This document shows positions 47,623 through 56,629 of a DNA stretch of 64,000 bases, piece by piece. Below the pieces are notes generated by a model. That model made no database searches. It saw only the letters and a list, made by a program, of their open reading frames with translations, and had not been told where the DNA came from. Location: the NCBI GenBank assembly GCA_024709425.1, contig JANJWS010000074.1, positions 3,970 to 67,969 of the forward strand, given 5' to 3'. The translations under genes and the position numbers were made by a program. This stretch comes from Thiobacillus sp. Its GTDB lineage: Bacteria > Pseudomonadota > Gammaproteobacteria > Burkholderiales > Thiobacillaceae. Position 1 is the stretch's first letter. Each line of letters starts with the position of its first letter.

Positions 47623-48543
47623 TCACCCGTGATAGCCCAGTTCCTGTGCAACAGGGGATACCGCACGCCGCAGCAGCCAACGCTCCAGTGCGTTGACCTG
47701 CACCTTGCTGCCGCTGCGCTCGGAGCTGCCGACCTTCTTGGTGAGCACGCCGTGGTCGGTCTGGATGCCGAGGTAGGCATCGATTTCGGCAAGCGGCGGG
47801 TTGGCGCCGACCAGATCCTCGTAGCGCACCAGAAGGGCACCGATCGATTCGGCACCCGCAAGATAGCCTTCCATCAGTTTGCGCCAGTGCGATCCGAAAG
47901 CCGTGGGGGTGAATACCGGTTTGTCCGGAAACGTGTCATACCAACTGCGGCCGTAGCGGCAATACGAGCGGTAGGCTTCCAGCGGATTTCGGTACAGCAG
48001 CACGATGCGGGCATTGGGGTAGAGCCATTTCAGATAGCGCGCGTGCTCGATGCCGAGGCGCACTTCCTTCAGACCCCAGCGCGTGGCGCCGGCCTCCGTG
48101 GCGGGGGCGGCGAACAGCGCGTCATGAAACTGCCGGTGCGCCTGCCACAGGGACCGGGCCGCGGGGAACAGGTTGGCGACCCAGCTGCCGGTGAGCTGGG
48201 CAGGGGGTGTGCCGTCGTAGTAGTACTCGGCCGGCGGCCAGTTGGGACGGAAGGCCTTGAGCGTGCCCGCCATGGCCTGGATCGGGCCGCACTCGTCGTA
48301 GGGTTCGCCCCAGATCAGCACCCGCTTGTCGGACATGATCAGGCGCTGCATCAGGGTCGAGCCCGAGCGCCAGCCCGCTGAAAGCAGGAAGATCGGTGAC
48401 GTGGTATCATCTTTCGGCGCGGGACACACGGCCTGCAAGGCTTCGAGCCCGCTTTCGATGCCGGTATGGTCCTTCATCAGTTGGCGATGCTGGGCCCATG
48501 CCTGGGCCGGGCCTTTCAGTGCGGTCTGGACGGTTCGCAACAT
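47623..48543 (-). CDS. PAPS-dependent sulfotransferase 4
   Basis: AGWRSGSTLMQR, WGEP, WGLKE, YRNPLEAYRS, YEDL. Confidence 0.82.
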   Translation of the reverse strand: MLRTVQTALKGPAQAWAQHRQLMKDHTGIESGLEALQAVCPAPKDDTTSPIFLLSAGWRSGSTLMQRLIMSDKRVLIWGEPYDECGPIQAMAGTLKAFRPNWPPAEYYYDGTPPAQLTGSWVANLFPAARSLWQAHRQFHDALFAAPATEAGATRWGLKEVRLGIEHARYLKWLYPNARIVLLYRNPLEAYRSYCRYGRSWYDTFPDKPVFTPTAFGSHWRKLMEGYLAGAESIGALLVRYEDLVGANPPLAEIDAYLGIQTDHGVLTKKVGSSERSGSKVQVNALERWLLRRAVSPVAQELGYHG

Positions 48544-48547
48544 GGGG

Positions 48548-49528
48548 TCAGGTCCTGCGCGTGACGTAGGCCAGCGCGCCATGGGTGCGCACGCGGTCGA
48601 GCAGTGCGGCGCGGGTGTCGCCGAAGCTGGCCTCACCCGATTGGTAGCGCGAGAACAAGGGGGCGATCTCTTCCTTGATGCGGTCCTTGAGACGGGCGCG
48701 GCCACGTTCGACCAGCCAGGTGCCCAGGCGATAGGAGAGGCGTTCGCGGATCGCCAGGGCCCGCCGCAAGCCGGCATCCGTCAACTCGGCCGGGTGTTGC
48801 AGCAGCAAGCCGGTCAGCATCGCTGCCGCATCATCGGCTTGGATCGCACCGTTCTTGAAGCGTGCCAGCACGTCGGACGTCTTCACCTCGGGAAAGCGCG
48901 AGCAGTACAGTGTGGCATCGTCACGGCGGAAGTAATACAGCGGTTCGGCGATATGGCAGAAGCGGAACTCCCGCGCTGCGCGCAGGAAGTAGTCGTAATC
49001 CTCGACCAGGAAGAGTTCCGGATCGTAGTCGCCGACTGCTTCATACAGCTTTCGGGTGTACAGAAAGCACGCGCCGATATGGTTCCCCTTGTCGAGCTGC
49101 AGCGTATCGGGCAGGTGGTCGTGCTGCGGCGCCAGCGGGCGGCCGTTTGCATCCTGTTCGGAAAACAGCCAGTAGTCGGCGTAGACGAAGTCGCAGTCGC
49201 CGTCGGCCAATGCGCCGACCATTCTTTCGATCGCAGTAGGGGCCAGCAGGTTGTCGTCCGAAGTCCAGGTCAGGTAATCGCCGCGTGCCATTGCAAAGCC
49301 GCGATTGAGCGCGCGTGGCAGCTTCAGGTTGGGATCGTTCTTTACGTAGCGGATGCGCGCATCGTCGAACGACCGCACCACGGTCGCGGTGTCGTCGGGG
49401 GAATTGTCGTCGACGACGATCAGTTCGAGGTTGGTGTGGGTTTGGTCGAGCACGCTGCGCATCGCCTGCGCGAGTAGGTGCGCACGCTTGTAGGTGGGCA
49501 GGACGATGCTGACGAGCGGTTGGCTCAC
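48548..49528 (-). CDS. GT2 glycosyltransferase
   Basis: SIVLPTY, VVDDNSPD, WTSDDN, EDYDY. Confidence 0.9.
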   Translation of the reverse strand: MSQPLVSIVLPTYKRAHLLAQAMRSVLDQTHTNLELIVVDDNSPDDTATVVRSFDDARIRYVKNDPNLKLPRALNRGFAMARGDYLTWTSDDNLLAPTAIERMVGALADGDCDFVYADYWLFSEQDANGRPLAPQHDHLPDTLQLDKGNHIGACFLYTRKLYEAVGDYDPELFLVEDYDYFLRAAREFRFCHIAEPLYYFRRDDATLYCSRFPEVKTSDVLARFKNGAIQADDAAAMLTGLLLQHPAELTDAGLRRALAIRERLSYRLGTWLVERGRARLKDRIKEEIAPLFSRYQSGEASFGDTRAALLDRVRTHGALAYVTRRT

Positions 49529-50652
49529 GCGGAGTCCCCCAGGTCGGTCAGGATCTTGCGTACGATCTTCACGCTTGCGGTGCCGTCGCCGTAAGGATTG
49601 GCGCGTGTCGCCATCGCTTGGTACTCCGTAGCGTCGTCGAGCAGCAGACTCGCTGCGCGCACGATGTCGGCGGCGCCCATGCCGACGAGCTTGAGCGTGC
49701 CGGCCTCGACACCTTCCTGACGTTCGGTGACCTTGCGCATGACCAATACGGGTTTTCCGAGGCTGGGGGCCTCTTCCTGCAGGCCACCGGAGTCGGTCAG
49801 CACCAAGTAGGCGCGTTTCATCAGTTGCACCAGTGGCAGATAGTCGAGCGGATCGAGCAGGCGCACGTTGGGAATGCCCGCGAGATGCTTGCTGACCACT
49901 GCACGCACGTTGGGGTTGCGGTGCACCGGATAGACGAGTTCGATGTCGTCGGCATATTTGCGGGCGAGGGCGGCCAGTCCCTCGCAGATCGATTCGAACG
50001 GCCCGCCAAAACTTTCGCGCCGGTGCGCGGTGACGAGCACGATGCGCCTGTTGTCGAAGGGAATGCCTTCCAGCGGCGAGCCGGCGATCTCGAAAGGACG
50101 TGCCGAAACATCGAGCAGGGCGTCGATCACTGTATTGCCGGTGACCGCGATCGCGGACTCGGCGATGCCTTCGTTGAGCAGGTGCTGCCTGGCCTTGCCG
50201 CTGTGCGCGAAGAACAGGTCCGCCACCGCGTCGATCATCTTGCGGTTGGCTTCCTCGGGATAGGGGTGGCGCTTGTCGAAAGTGCGCAGGCCGGCCTCGA
50301 CGTGGCCGATCCTCACCCCGGCATAGAACGCAGCCAGTGCTGCGGCCATCGAGGTCGTCGTATCGCCCTGTACCAGCAGCAGGTCGAAGTGGTCTTCGCG
50401 CAGGATGCGCCCGACCTCGACCAGCACCGATGTCGTGATGTGCTCCAGCGTCTGGTTTTCGCGCATCAGGCCGAGGTCGTAATCTGCGCGAATGCCGAAC
50501 AGCTCGATCAGCGGCGCGACCATGTCCTTGTGCTGCCCGGTGAGGCAGCTGCGGTTTTCGATCCGGTCCGGGTGTCGTTCCAGCTCCGCGATGAGGGGCG
50601 CCATCTTGATGGCTTCGGGGCGGGTGCCGAAGACGGTGAGCACCTTAAGCAT
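49525..50652 (-). CDS. wecB: UDP-N-acetylglucosamine 2-epimerase (non-hydrolysing), classic type, paralog 2
   Basis: GTRPEAIKMAP, TGQH, QGDTT, HVEAGLRT, TAHRRE, TDSGGLQEE, NPYGDG. Confidence 0.93.
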   Translation of the reverse strand: MLKVLTVFGTRPEAIKMAPLIAELERHPDRIENRSCLTGQHKDMVAPLIELFGIRADYDLGLMRENQTLEHITTSVLVEVGRILREDHFDLLLVQGDTTTSMAAALAAFYAGVRIGHVEAGLRTFDKRHPYPEEANRKMIDAVADLFFAHSGKARQHLLNEGIAESAIAVTGNTVIDALLDVSARPFEIAGSPLEGIPFDNRRIVLVTAHRRESFGGPFESICEGLAALARKYADDIELVYPVHRNPNVRAVVSKHLAGIPNVRLLDPLDYLPLVQLMKRAYLVLTDSGGLQEEAPSLGKPVLVMRKVTERQEGVEAGTLKLVGMGAADIVRAASLLLDDATEYQAMATRANPYGDGTASVKIVRKILTDLGDSA

Positions 50653-51565
50653 GCTTGCCCTCCGCACGCATTTTCAGCAGATGGGCATCGAGAAAATACT
50701 TCACGCCCCAGCTGATCTCTGCGCCCGCAATGTATTGCGCGCCCTTGCCGTAACTGCCGTTGAATCCCCCGGACGCGTTCTGGATCGTTTCCAGGTAGTG
50801 CATCGCCTTGTCCGCCAGGTCCTTCCTGCCGAGCGTGTACCAGACGATGGCATATTGGGCCATGCCGGTCGAGCACACCCACTCCACATCGGGGTAGGCG
50901 GGAATGCTTCCGTCGCGCCGCTGGCAGCGTTCCACGTCGGCCATGCCGCGTGCGGCCAGTTCCATTTCGCCCATTTCGCACAGGGCCTCCATGGCGTAGG
51001 CGTGAAAATGCGACAGGCGATTGAAGGGCACCAGGTCCTCGCGCTGTTTGTAATGGTCGAGCACGAAATGGGCCGCGTCCGTGTAGGCCTTCACGCCCAG
51101 CAGCCGGCCGGCCTCGGCAAGCGGCGGCAACGCGTAGGTGTGGATGAGGTCGCTGGCGATGTTGGTCCACAGCTCGGTCGAGGGCGTCTTCAGACGGCCG
51201 TCCTCAGCCACCTGCGTGAGCATCCAGTCGCTCGCCCGCCGCAGCGACGCTTCCGCGCCCTCCACGTCGCCGAGGGCCGCGCACAGCCCGCGCATGATCT
51301 GTGCGGTGTCAAAAGTGTAGGGCACGCCGTCGGGGGCCGGAAAGGCGCCGTCCGGCAACTGGATCGACATCAGCCAGCGGGTGCAGGTGCGCGCCAGCTC
51401 CGTCTCGCCCCAGTTGTAGAGGGTCGGAACGAAATAGCCCGTCACCTCGGGGTAGGGCACCGGTTGCTTCGTGTGCACGATAATGCCCTGCCCCGGCACC
51501 ATGTTGGCCTTGAACCAGGCCATCGCCTGCTCGTGGCTGGGCTTCCTTGTTTTCCAGAAAAGCAT
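50645..51565 (-). CDS. Alpha/alpha-toroid protein of unknown function, paralog B
   Basis: YPEVTGY, QLPDGAF, FDTAQI, CSTGMAQ, WGVKYFLDA; collinear with 32069-33283. Confidence 0.7.
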   Translation of the reverse strand: MLFWKTRKPSHEQAMAWFKANMVPGQGIIVHTKQPVPYPEVTGYFVPTLYNWGETELARTCTRWLMSIQLPDGAFPAPDGVPYTFDTAQIMRGLCAALGDVEGAEASLRRASDWMLTQVAEDGRLKTPSTELWTNIASDLIHTYALPPLAEAGRLLGVKAYTDAAHFVLDHYKQREDLVPFNRLSHFHAYAMEALCEMGEMELAARGMADVERCQRRDGSIPAYPDVEWVCSTGMAQYAIVWYTLGRKDLADKAMHYLETIQNASGGFNGSYGKGAQYIAGAEISWGVKYFLDAHLLKMRAEGKHA

Positions 51566-51627
51566 CGTTTCCTTTCCTCGGTTTCTGATGCGAAGGCTCT
51601 TCTTGGCGGTGTCGATCGAAGCCCGCC

Positions 51628-53640
51628 CTACGGCGTGGGCTCGGTCACGCGCAACACCTGGTTTGCCTCGATGGCCTTCAATTGCTGAATCTGTCCGCTG
51701 GGCCAGTGGATGGTAATCGTGTCGGCCTGCGTGTGCTTCGCCAGGCCGAAATGCAGCCTGCTGTGATTCTGGCTCCGGTAGTGCACGCCGCCGTCCTGCA
51801 CCCGGGTCTGGGTGATCTTGCCCGCGGTCACGCGTACGATCGCGCCAATGCCGTCGCGATTGGATCGTGTCCCTTCCAGGTCGATCATCAGCCAGTGGTT
51901 GCCGTTGCCCTTGTTGCGGAACAGCTGGTAATTGCCGCCATCGGAGGGTAGGCCCAGGCTGCGCCCCATGCTGCCGCCGTTGGCTACGAACAGATCGAGA
52001 AAGCCGTCGCCGTCGAAATCGACCGTGGTGGCCGAATCGCCCACGCCGCTTCGGCTGCCCGCCGCGCCGCCGGCTGCCTTGACGACCCGGAAGTGGCCCT
52101 TGCCGTCGTTGAGCAGGAGCTGGTTTTCCTGCTGGCCGATGTCGCCGGAGGCGAGAATGAAAAGGTCGACGTCCATATCGTTGTCGAAGTCGCCTGCCAC
52201 CACGTTGGCCCCGGCCAAAGGCCGCGTGTTCACGCCGCGCTTGTCGCTCTCCTCGCGCATCTCACCCTCGCGGTTCATGAACAGGCGTGCGGGCGCCTCT
52301 TCGGGCTTGGTTTCGCCGATCGCTTCGAGCTGCGCGATCGGTTCGCTGGCGACGAGGCTTGCCTGTATCTCCTGCTGTTTCAACGCGCCGGCCGCGAGCG
52401 CCTCGCGCGGTGCCGCAACGAGGATTTCCCACTGGTCCGGTGCGGTGAAGCCCATATGTACTGCGGTTTCGCCGCGTGCCACCGGTTGCGCGAGCGGGCC
52501 GATTTCCGGTGACACTTCGAAATTCAGGCTGTTCGGGTGTGCGCCCGTCGTGCCCAGGTGTATGTGCGCCGGAGATAGTGCCCCCTCCGGGCTTGCCGCG
52601 GCCAGGCGCAAGCTCAGCTTGCCATTCGAACGAAATCGGAAACCCAGGGGCTTGTCCAGGTTGTGCTTGTCGATGCGCAGGCTCGCCACGATCTGCCTGT
52701 CCGCGGGGCGCCCGAATGCCAGCGGGCCGGGCGCGTTCTTGCGGGTGAGAAAGACGTCGATGCGGCCGTCGTTGTCGAAGTCGGCGGCGGCGATATCCTC
52801 GAAGGCAGTCTGCGGCAGGATGTCGAGCGAACGGGCCGGAAGATCTGCCAGATCGAATACCTGCAAAGCACCGCCCTGTCCGAGCAGGCGGCAGATCAGT
52901 TCGGGCCGGTTGTCCCCGGTGAGTTCGGTCAAAACACAGAAAGGCGCACTGCGGCTCTTGAAGCCCAAGGCGGCATCGAATGGCTCGAAGTGTGCATCGC
53001 CCTGCAGGAAGACGAAGGGCGGCATTCTTCCGTCGAGGCGAATTTCCGCGCCGTGCAGAAGGTCGAGCTTGCCGTCACCGTTGAGGTCCAGCCAAAGCGG
53101 CATGCGGGTCCGGCCGTCCGGATTCACGACGCCGACGGTGTCGGCCACGTTGACAAAACGGTCGCCGCGGTTGTTGAACAGGAGCTTGGGTTCCGCGCCG
53201 ACGCCTTTCACCGCACCGGTCAACTGCACCAGGTCCGTGCGCCCGTCGTTGTCGAAATCGGCCCAGGCCGAGCCATGCTTGTCGGCGACGATGTCTTCCG
53301 GTGCGAAATGCTTCGCCGTGACATCCTCGAACCGGCCAGCGCCGGCATTGCGGTATAAACCCGCGGCATCGAGATGATGGGTGAGATATACGTCAGCAAG
53401 ACCGTCCCCGTCAAAGTCGCCCCAGGTCGCGCCATAGGTCATCCCGGTGAGGCCTTCGAGACCGGAGCCGGCAGTCACTTCTTCAAACACGTCGAGCGTC
53501 AGCTCCTGCTTGACGCAGCCGGCCATCAGCGTCAGTGCACAGAGCAACACGGTGCCGTGCAGGACGTTGCGGTACGATCGGGCACTCGCCGTGGTGGCAG
53601 CCAAACCGGCCCGGTGCTTGACCGGGGTGTCTCTCAACAT
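51628..53640 (-). CDS. CRTAC1/ASPIC-UnbV family FG-GAP beta-propeller lipoprotein
   Basis: Lipobox MAGC; six D(F/L)(D/N)xD(G/M)xxD repeats; C-terminal SNRDGIGA...SQN..RLHFGL...WPSG; RBS GGAGGGG before ATG 53640. Confidence 0.85.
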   Translation of the reverse strand: MLRDTPVKHRAGLAATTASARSYRNVLHGTVLLCALTLMAGCVKQELTLDVFEEVTAGSGLEGLTGMTYGATWGDFDGDGLADVYLTHHLDAAGLYRNAGAGRFEDVTAKHFAPEDIVADKHGSAWADFDNDGRTDLVQLTGAVKGVGAEPKLLFNNRGDRFVNVADTVGVVNPDGRTRMPLWLDLNGDGKLDLLHGAEIRLDGRMPPFVFLQGDAHFEPFDAALGFKSRSAPFCVLTELTGDNRPELICRLLGQGGALQVFDLADLPARSLDILPQTAFEDIAAADFDNDGRIDVFLTRKNAPGPLAFGRPADRQIVASLRIDKHNLDKPLGFRFRSNGKLSLRLAAASPEGALSPAHIHLGTTGAHPNSLNFEVSPEIGPLAQPVARGETAVHMGFTAPDQWEILVAAPREALAAGALKQQEIQASLVASEPIAQLEAIGETKPEEAPARLFMNREGEMREESDKRGVNTRPLAGANVVAGDFDNDMDVDLFILASGDIGQQENQLLLNDGKGHFRVVKAAGGAAGSRSGVGDSATTVDFDGDGFLDLFVANGGSMGRSLGLPSDGGNYQLFRNKGNGNHWLMIDLEGTRSNRDGIGAIVRVTAGKITQTRVQDGGVHYRSQNHSRLHFGLAKHTQADTITIHWPSGQIQQLKAIEANQVLRVTEPTP

Positions 53641-53726
53641 TGTCGCCCCTCCAGAGTCATTGGCATCGTTGCCAAAAAAGCCTTGCATCGTCGGGTGGCA
53701 GCGACGAAATTCGCCATTCGCAGCAT

Positions 53727-55196
53727 TCATCCCGGATTTGCCCGGGTAAGGCGCAACTTCGTTCTCCAGCGTTGTTGCTCGACCGCAAGCGCCGCAAACG
53801 GAACATAAAGGAAAGCGAGTCCGTACACCAACCCCCCTGCCGTGCCCATCGCCAGCACATAGACAAGATCATTTTGCCGCACGGCCGGAGGGAGTGCGAG
53901 GTCCATCAGAAAAAGTACGGTTGCAAGGAGGACGTTGAGCACGCCTGCCGGAACGAGTGCACGTGGGAAACCCGAGAGGCGCGCGTCGAGACAGCGCGTG
54001 GCCAGCCCATACTGGCAAATACCCGTGAAGGCGGCAGTGCCGACGACTGCCCAGGCCACACCGTCGATACCGTAGGCCAGCCCGACCCAGATCGCGAGGC
54101 TGCCGATGGCGAGCGACGAAACCTGCACGGCGAGTTCGCGCCCCAGCCAGTTCCTGGCCTTGAGCACATTTCCGGAGAGATTGCCCATCAGCCAAAAGGG
54201 CCACGCCAGCGCCAGAATGGCCAACGGGCCGGCAGCCTCGACCCATCGCACGCCGTAAACCCCTCGAACGAGCGGTTCCGCCAGCCACAGGAGCCCGACA
54301 TAGAAGGGCGTGGCGTATAGGGCGACGAGTGCAATGCTACGAAAATACAGATAGCGCGAGCGGTCCAGATTGTCCTGCTCGGCGCCCAGTGCACGAAACA
54401 GCACGGGGTAGACCGAGCCCGTGATAAAAATATGCGGCATGCGGGCAAGGCTCTCGCCCTTGTTGAACAGGCCGACACTTGCCGGACCGAGCGTGCGCGA
54501 GAGGATGAATGCGCTCAACTGGCTGCGCAGGTAGAACACGATGTCGTTGATCGAGAACAGCACGCCATAGCGTGCGATCTCACGCCCGCGGCCGAATGCC
54601 GTGGATAGCCGCGGACGCCAGCGCGCAATCGGCATCAGCAGCAGCGCACTGGCCACCGAGCCGACGATGCCGCCCCAGATCAGACTCCACACCCCGTGGC
54701 CAAGATAGGCCAGCCCGATGCTGACCGTGCTGGATAGGATCAAGGTGATTACGCTCACGACGGCCTGCGCCTTGAAGCGCATCGCACGGTGCAGCATGTT
54801 GCTGGGAAGGTTCACAAACGGCCGCAGAATGAACGAGAGGGCGGAAACCCGGAGCAGATCCGAATAGAGCGGATGGTCATACCAGCGCGCAAACCAGGGG
54901 GCCGCCAGGAAGAACGCTGCATAGATGAGACAGCCGATGATCAACTGGAGCGTGAATACGATGTCGTAGTCCTGTGTCGTGGCTGTCTTCGCGCGGATCA
55001 GGGCCTGCCCCATCCCGCCCCCTGCGATGAAGCCGGCGAGCCCCGTGAAGACCTGGATCGTGATCAGCATGCCGAAGTCCTCCGGCACGAGCAGCCGTGC
55101 AAGCACGACGCCGAACACGAAACCAAGCAGTTGCTTGCTGGTATTCCCTACGAAGAGCCAGGCAATGCCTCGCCGGATGCTTTGGCCGGATGCCAT
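53727..55196 (-). CDS. wzx: Wzx/MOP-superfamily polysaccharide flippase (WzxC-like)
   Basis: LARLLVPEDFG, about 12-14 TM segments, G.GVWSL, VGLFNK. Confidence 0.88.
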   Translation of the reverse strand: MASGQSIRRGIAWLFVGNTSKQLLGFVFGVVLARLLVPEDFGMLITIQVFTGLAGFIAGGGMGQALIRAKTATTQDYDIVFTLQLIIGCLIYAAFFLAAPWFARWYDHPLYSDLLRVSALSFILRPFVNLPSNMLHRAMRFKAQAVVSVITLILSSTVSIGLAYLGHGVWSLIWGGIVGSVASALLLMPIARWRPRLSTAFGRGREIARYGVLFSINDIVFYLRSQLSAFILSRTLGPASVGLFNKGESLARMPHIFITGSVYPVLFRALGAEQDNLDRSRYLYFRSIALVALYATPFYVGLLWLAEPLVRGVYGVRWVEAAGPLAILALAWPFWLMGNLSGNVLKARNWLGRELAVQVSSLAIGSLAIWVGLAYGIDGVAWAVVGTAAFTGICQYGLATRCLDARLSGFPRALVPAGVLNVLLATVLFLMDLALPPAVRQNDLVYVLAMGTAGGLVYGLAFLYVPFAALAVEQQRWRTKLRLTRANPG

Positions 55197-55418
55197 GAAT
55201 TCAGTGCCGTGCCAAAGCGTGTTTCAGGGCACGCTTGCTGAGGTGGCTCGCGGCCGGCATGGCACGGACTGTCGGGAATCTGCCGAACATGTCGACACCA
55301 GAGGCCCATGCCACCCGCCTCCCGTGCATTGCGGGGGCCACGGTGGCAGGCATGGCAAACGACGTTGGGGTGAAAGGCAAGGCACGCATGGGCGGATATT
55401 GTATGTGCAGCGGATGAC

Positions 55419-55434
55419 AGCAAGGCTCGTGCCT
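55419..55434 (-). promoter_or_regulatory. Putative sigma-54 promoter for the minus-strand tailoring operon
   Basis: Minus strand reads AGGCACGAGCCTTGCT (GGCAC-N5-TTGCT), about 220 nt upstream of wzx. Confidence 0.6.
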
Positions 55435-55548
55435 GTGTGATCGTCGACAAGAACGGACTTGGTGGGGCAGAACGCCAGGGGAACTTGCGCGACGCAGGCG
55501 CATCGGCCGAACGGCGCACGGGCAGGAAGAATGGACTATGTTCGCGGG

Positions 55549-56517
55549 TCATCCCTCGAATCGCGCACTCCGTCGCCGCGTGACCAAATCGACCAGGCTC
55601 CGATACAGTGGCGCTGGCAGCAGGCTGGCAACCAGATGCTTGAGATCGCCGGCCCGCCAGCCAGCAGTGCGGAAGGCGCGGCGGAACAGACGCCGCGAGG
55701 ATTCCGTATCGTTGCGCCAGTGACAGCGATACGCTTCGCGCAGCAGCGGGTCGTGGATCAGCGCATCAAGGTGGGCAGGGGTATAGCGGGTGAGCAGTTC
55801 GGGGTGGCGGCGAGCGAAATCGCGCCGCACGGAGACGGCATCAAAAACCTGTTGCCAGTGTGGAATCCGGGCGTCGCCGCGCGGGTAGAGGCGGCGATAC
55901 GCGAGCACCTCGGGCACGCGCGCGAGGCTGGCCTTTGCGGCCAGCATGCGCAGCCACAGGTCGTAGTCCATTGCGGTGGGCAGGCGTTCGGAAAAGCCTT
56001 GCATCGTATCGATCAGCGGGCGCCGCACGAGCAGCGCATTGAGCGGCCAGGCGCCTTGCTCGAATGCGTGCGCGACGGCCCCGGTGGCGTCGGCCTCGGG
56101 GGGAATCCGGGGCTGCGGGTCGGGTGCCGAAATGCCGAAGGCCTGCCAGCCGCACCAGGCGAGGTCGGCCGGCCCGGCTTCGAGCGCCGCATTCAGCCTG
56201 GCCATGGCTTCCGGGTGCCAGGTGTCGTCGGCATCGAGAAAGGCGATGAAGCTACCCCGCGCGAGCGCCAGTGCGCGGTTGCGGGCGACCCACGGCCCGG
56301 CGCGATTCTGGTAGAGGAGGACGATACGGTCGGGATGGTCGGCCGCAAGCCCTTGCAGGACGTCCGATGATCCGTCGGTCGAGCCGTCGTCGACGATCAC
56401 CAGTTCCACGTGCGGATGAGTCTGCGCCAGTACGCTCGCCACCGCCTCCCCGACGAAGGGCGCGGCGTTGTGGCAGGGCATCACGACCGAGATCAGCGCG
56501 GGGTCGAAGGCATCCAT
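55549..56517 (-). CDS. GT2 glycosyltransferase
   Basis: SVVMPCHN, VDDGSTD, FLDADD, DYDLWLR. Confidence 0.9.
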   Translation of the reverse strand: MDAFDPALISVVMPCHNAAPFVGEAVASVLAQTHPHVELVIVDDGSTDGSSDVLQGLAADHPDRIVLLYQNRAGPWVARNRALALARGSFIAFLDADDTWHPEAMARLNAALEAGPADLAWCGWQAFGISAPDPQPRIPPEADATGAVAHAFEQGAWPLNALLVRRPLIDTMQGFSERLPTAMDYDLWLRMLAAKASLARVPEVLAYRRLYPRGDARIPHWQQVFDAVSVRRDFARRHPELLTRYTPAHLDALIHDPLLREAYRCHWRNDTESSRRLFRRAFRTAGWRAGDLKHLVASLLPAPLYRSLVDLVTRRRSARFEG

Positions 56518-56629
56518 GCACGAAGCAGGCGGGGGAAGCGAACACGCATGCGATTTTCCGGCCGGAAGAGGAACATGGTTCCTGTATATCGTGCCGGCCG
56601 CCTTTGTTCAAGGCGGTGTTGCGGGAAAG

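Noticed and set aside
55148-55552. Small ORFs in the wzx-GT2 gap
   Set aside because: No RBS or motif support, atypical composition, and overlap with the candidate promoter and leader.
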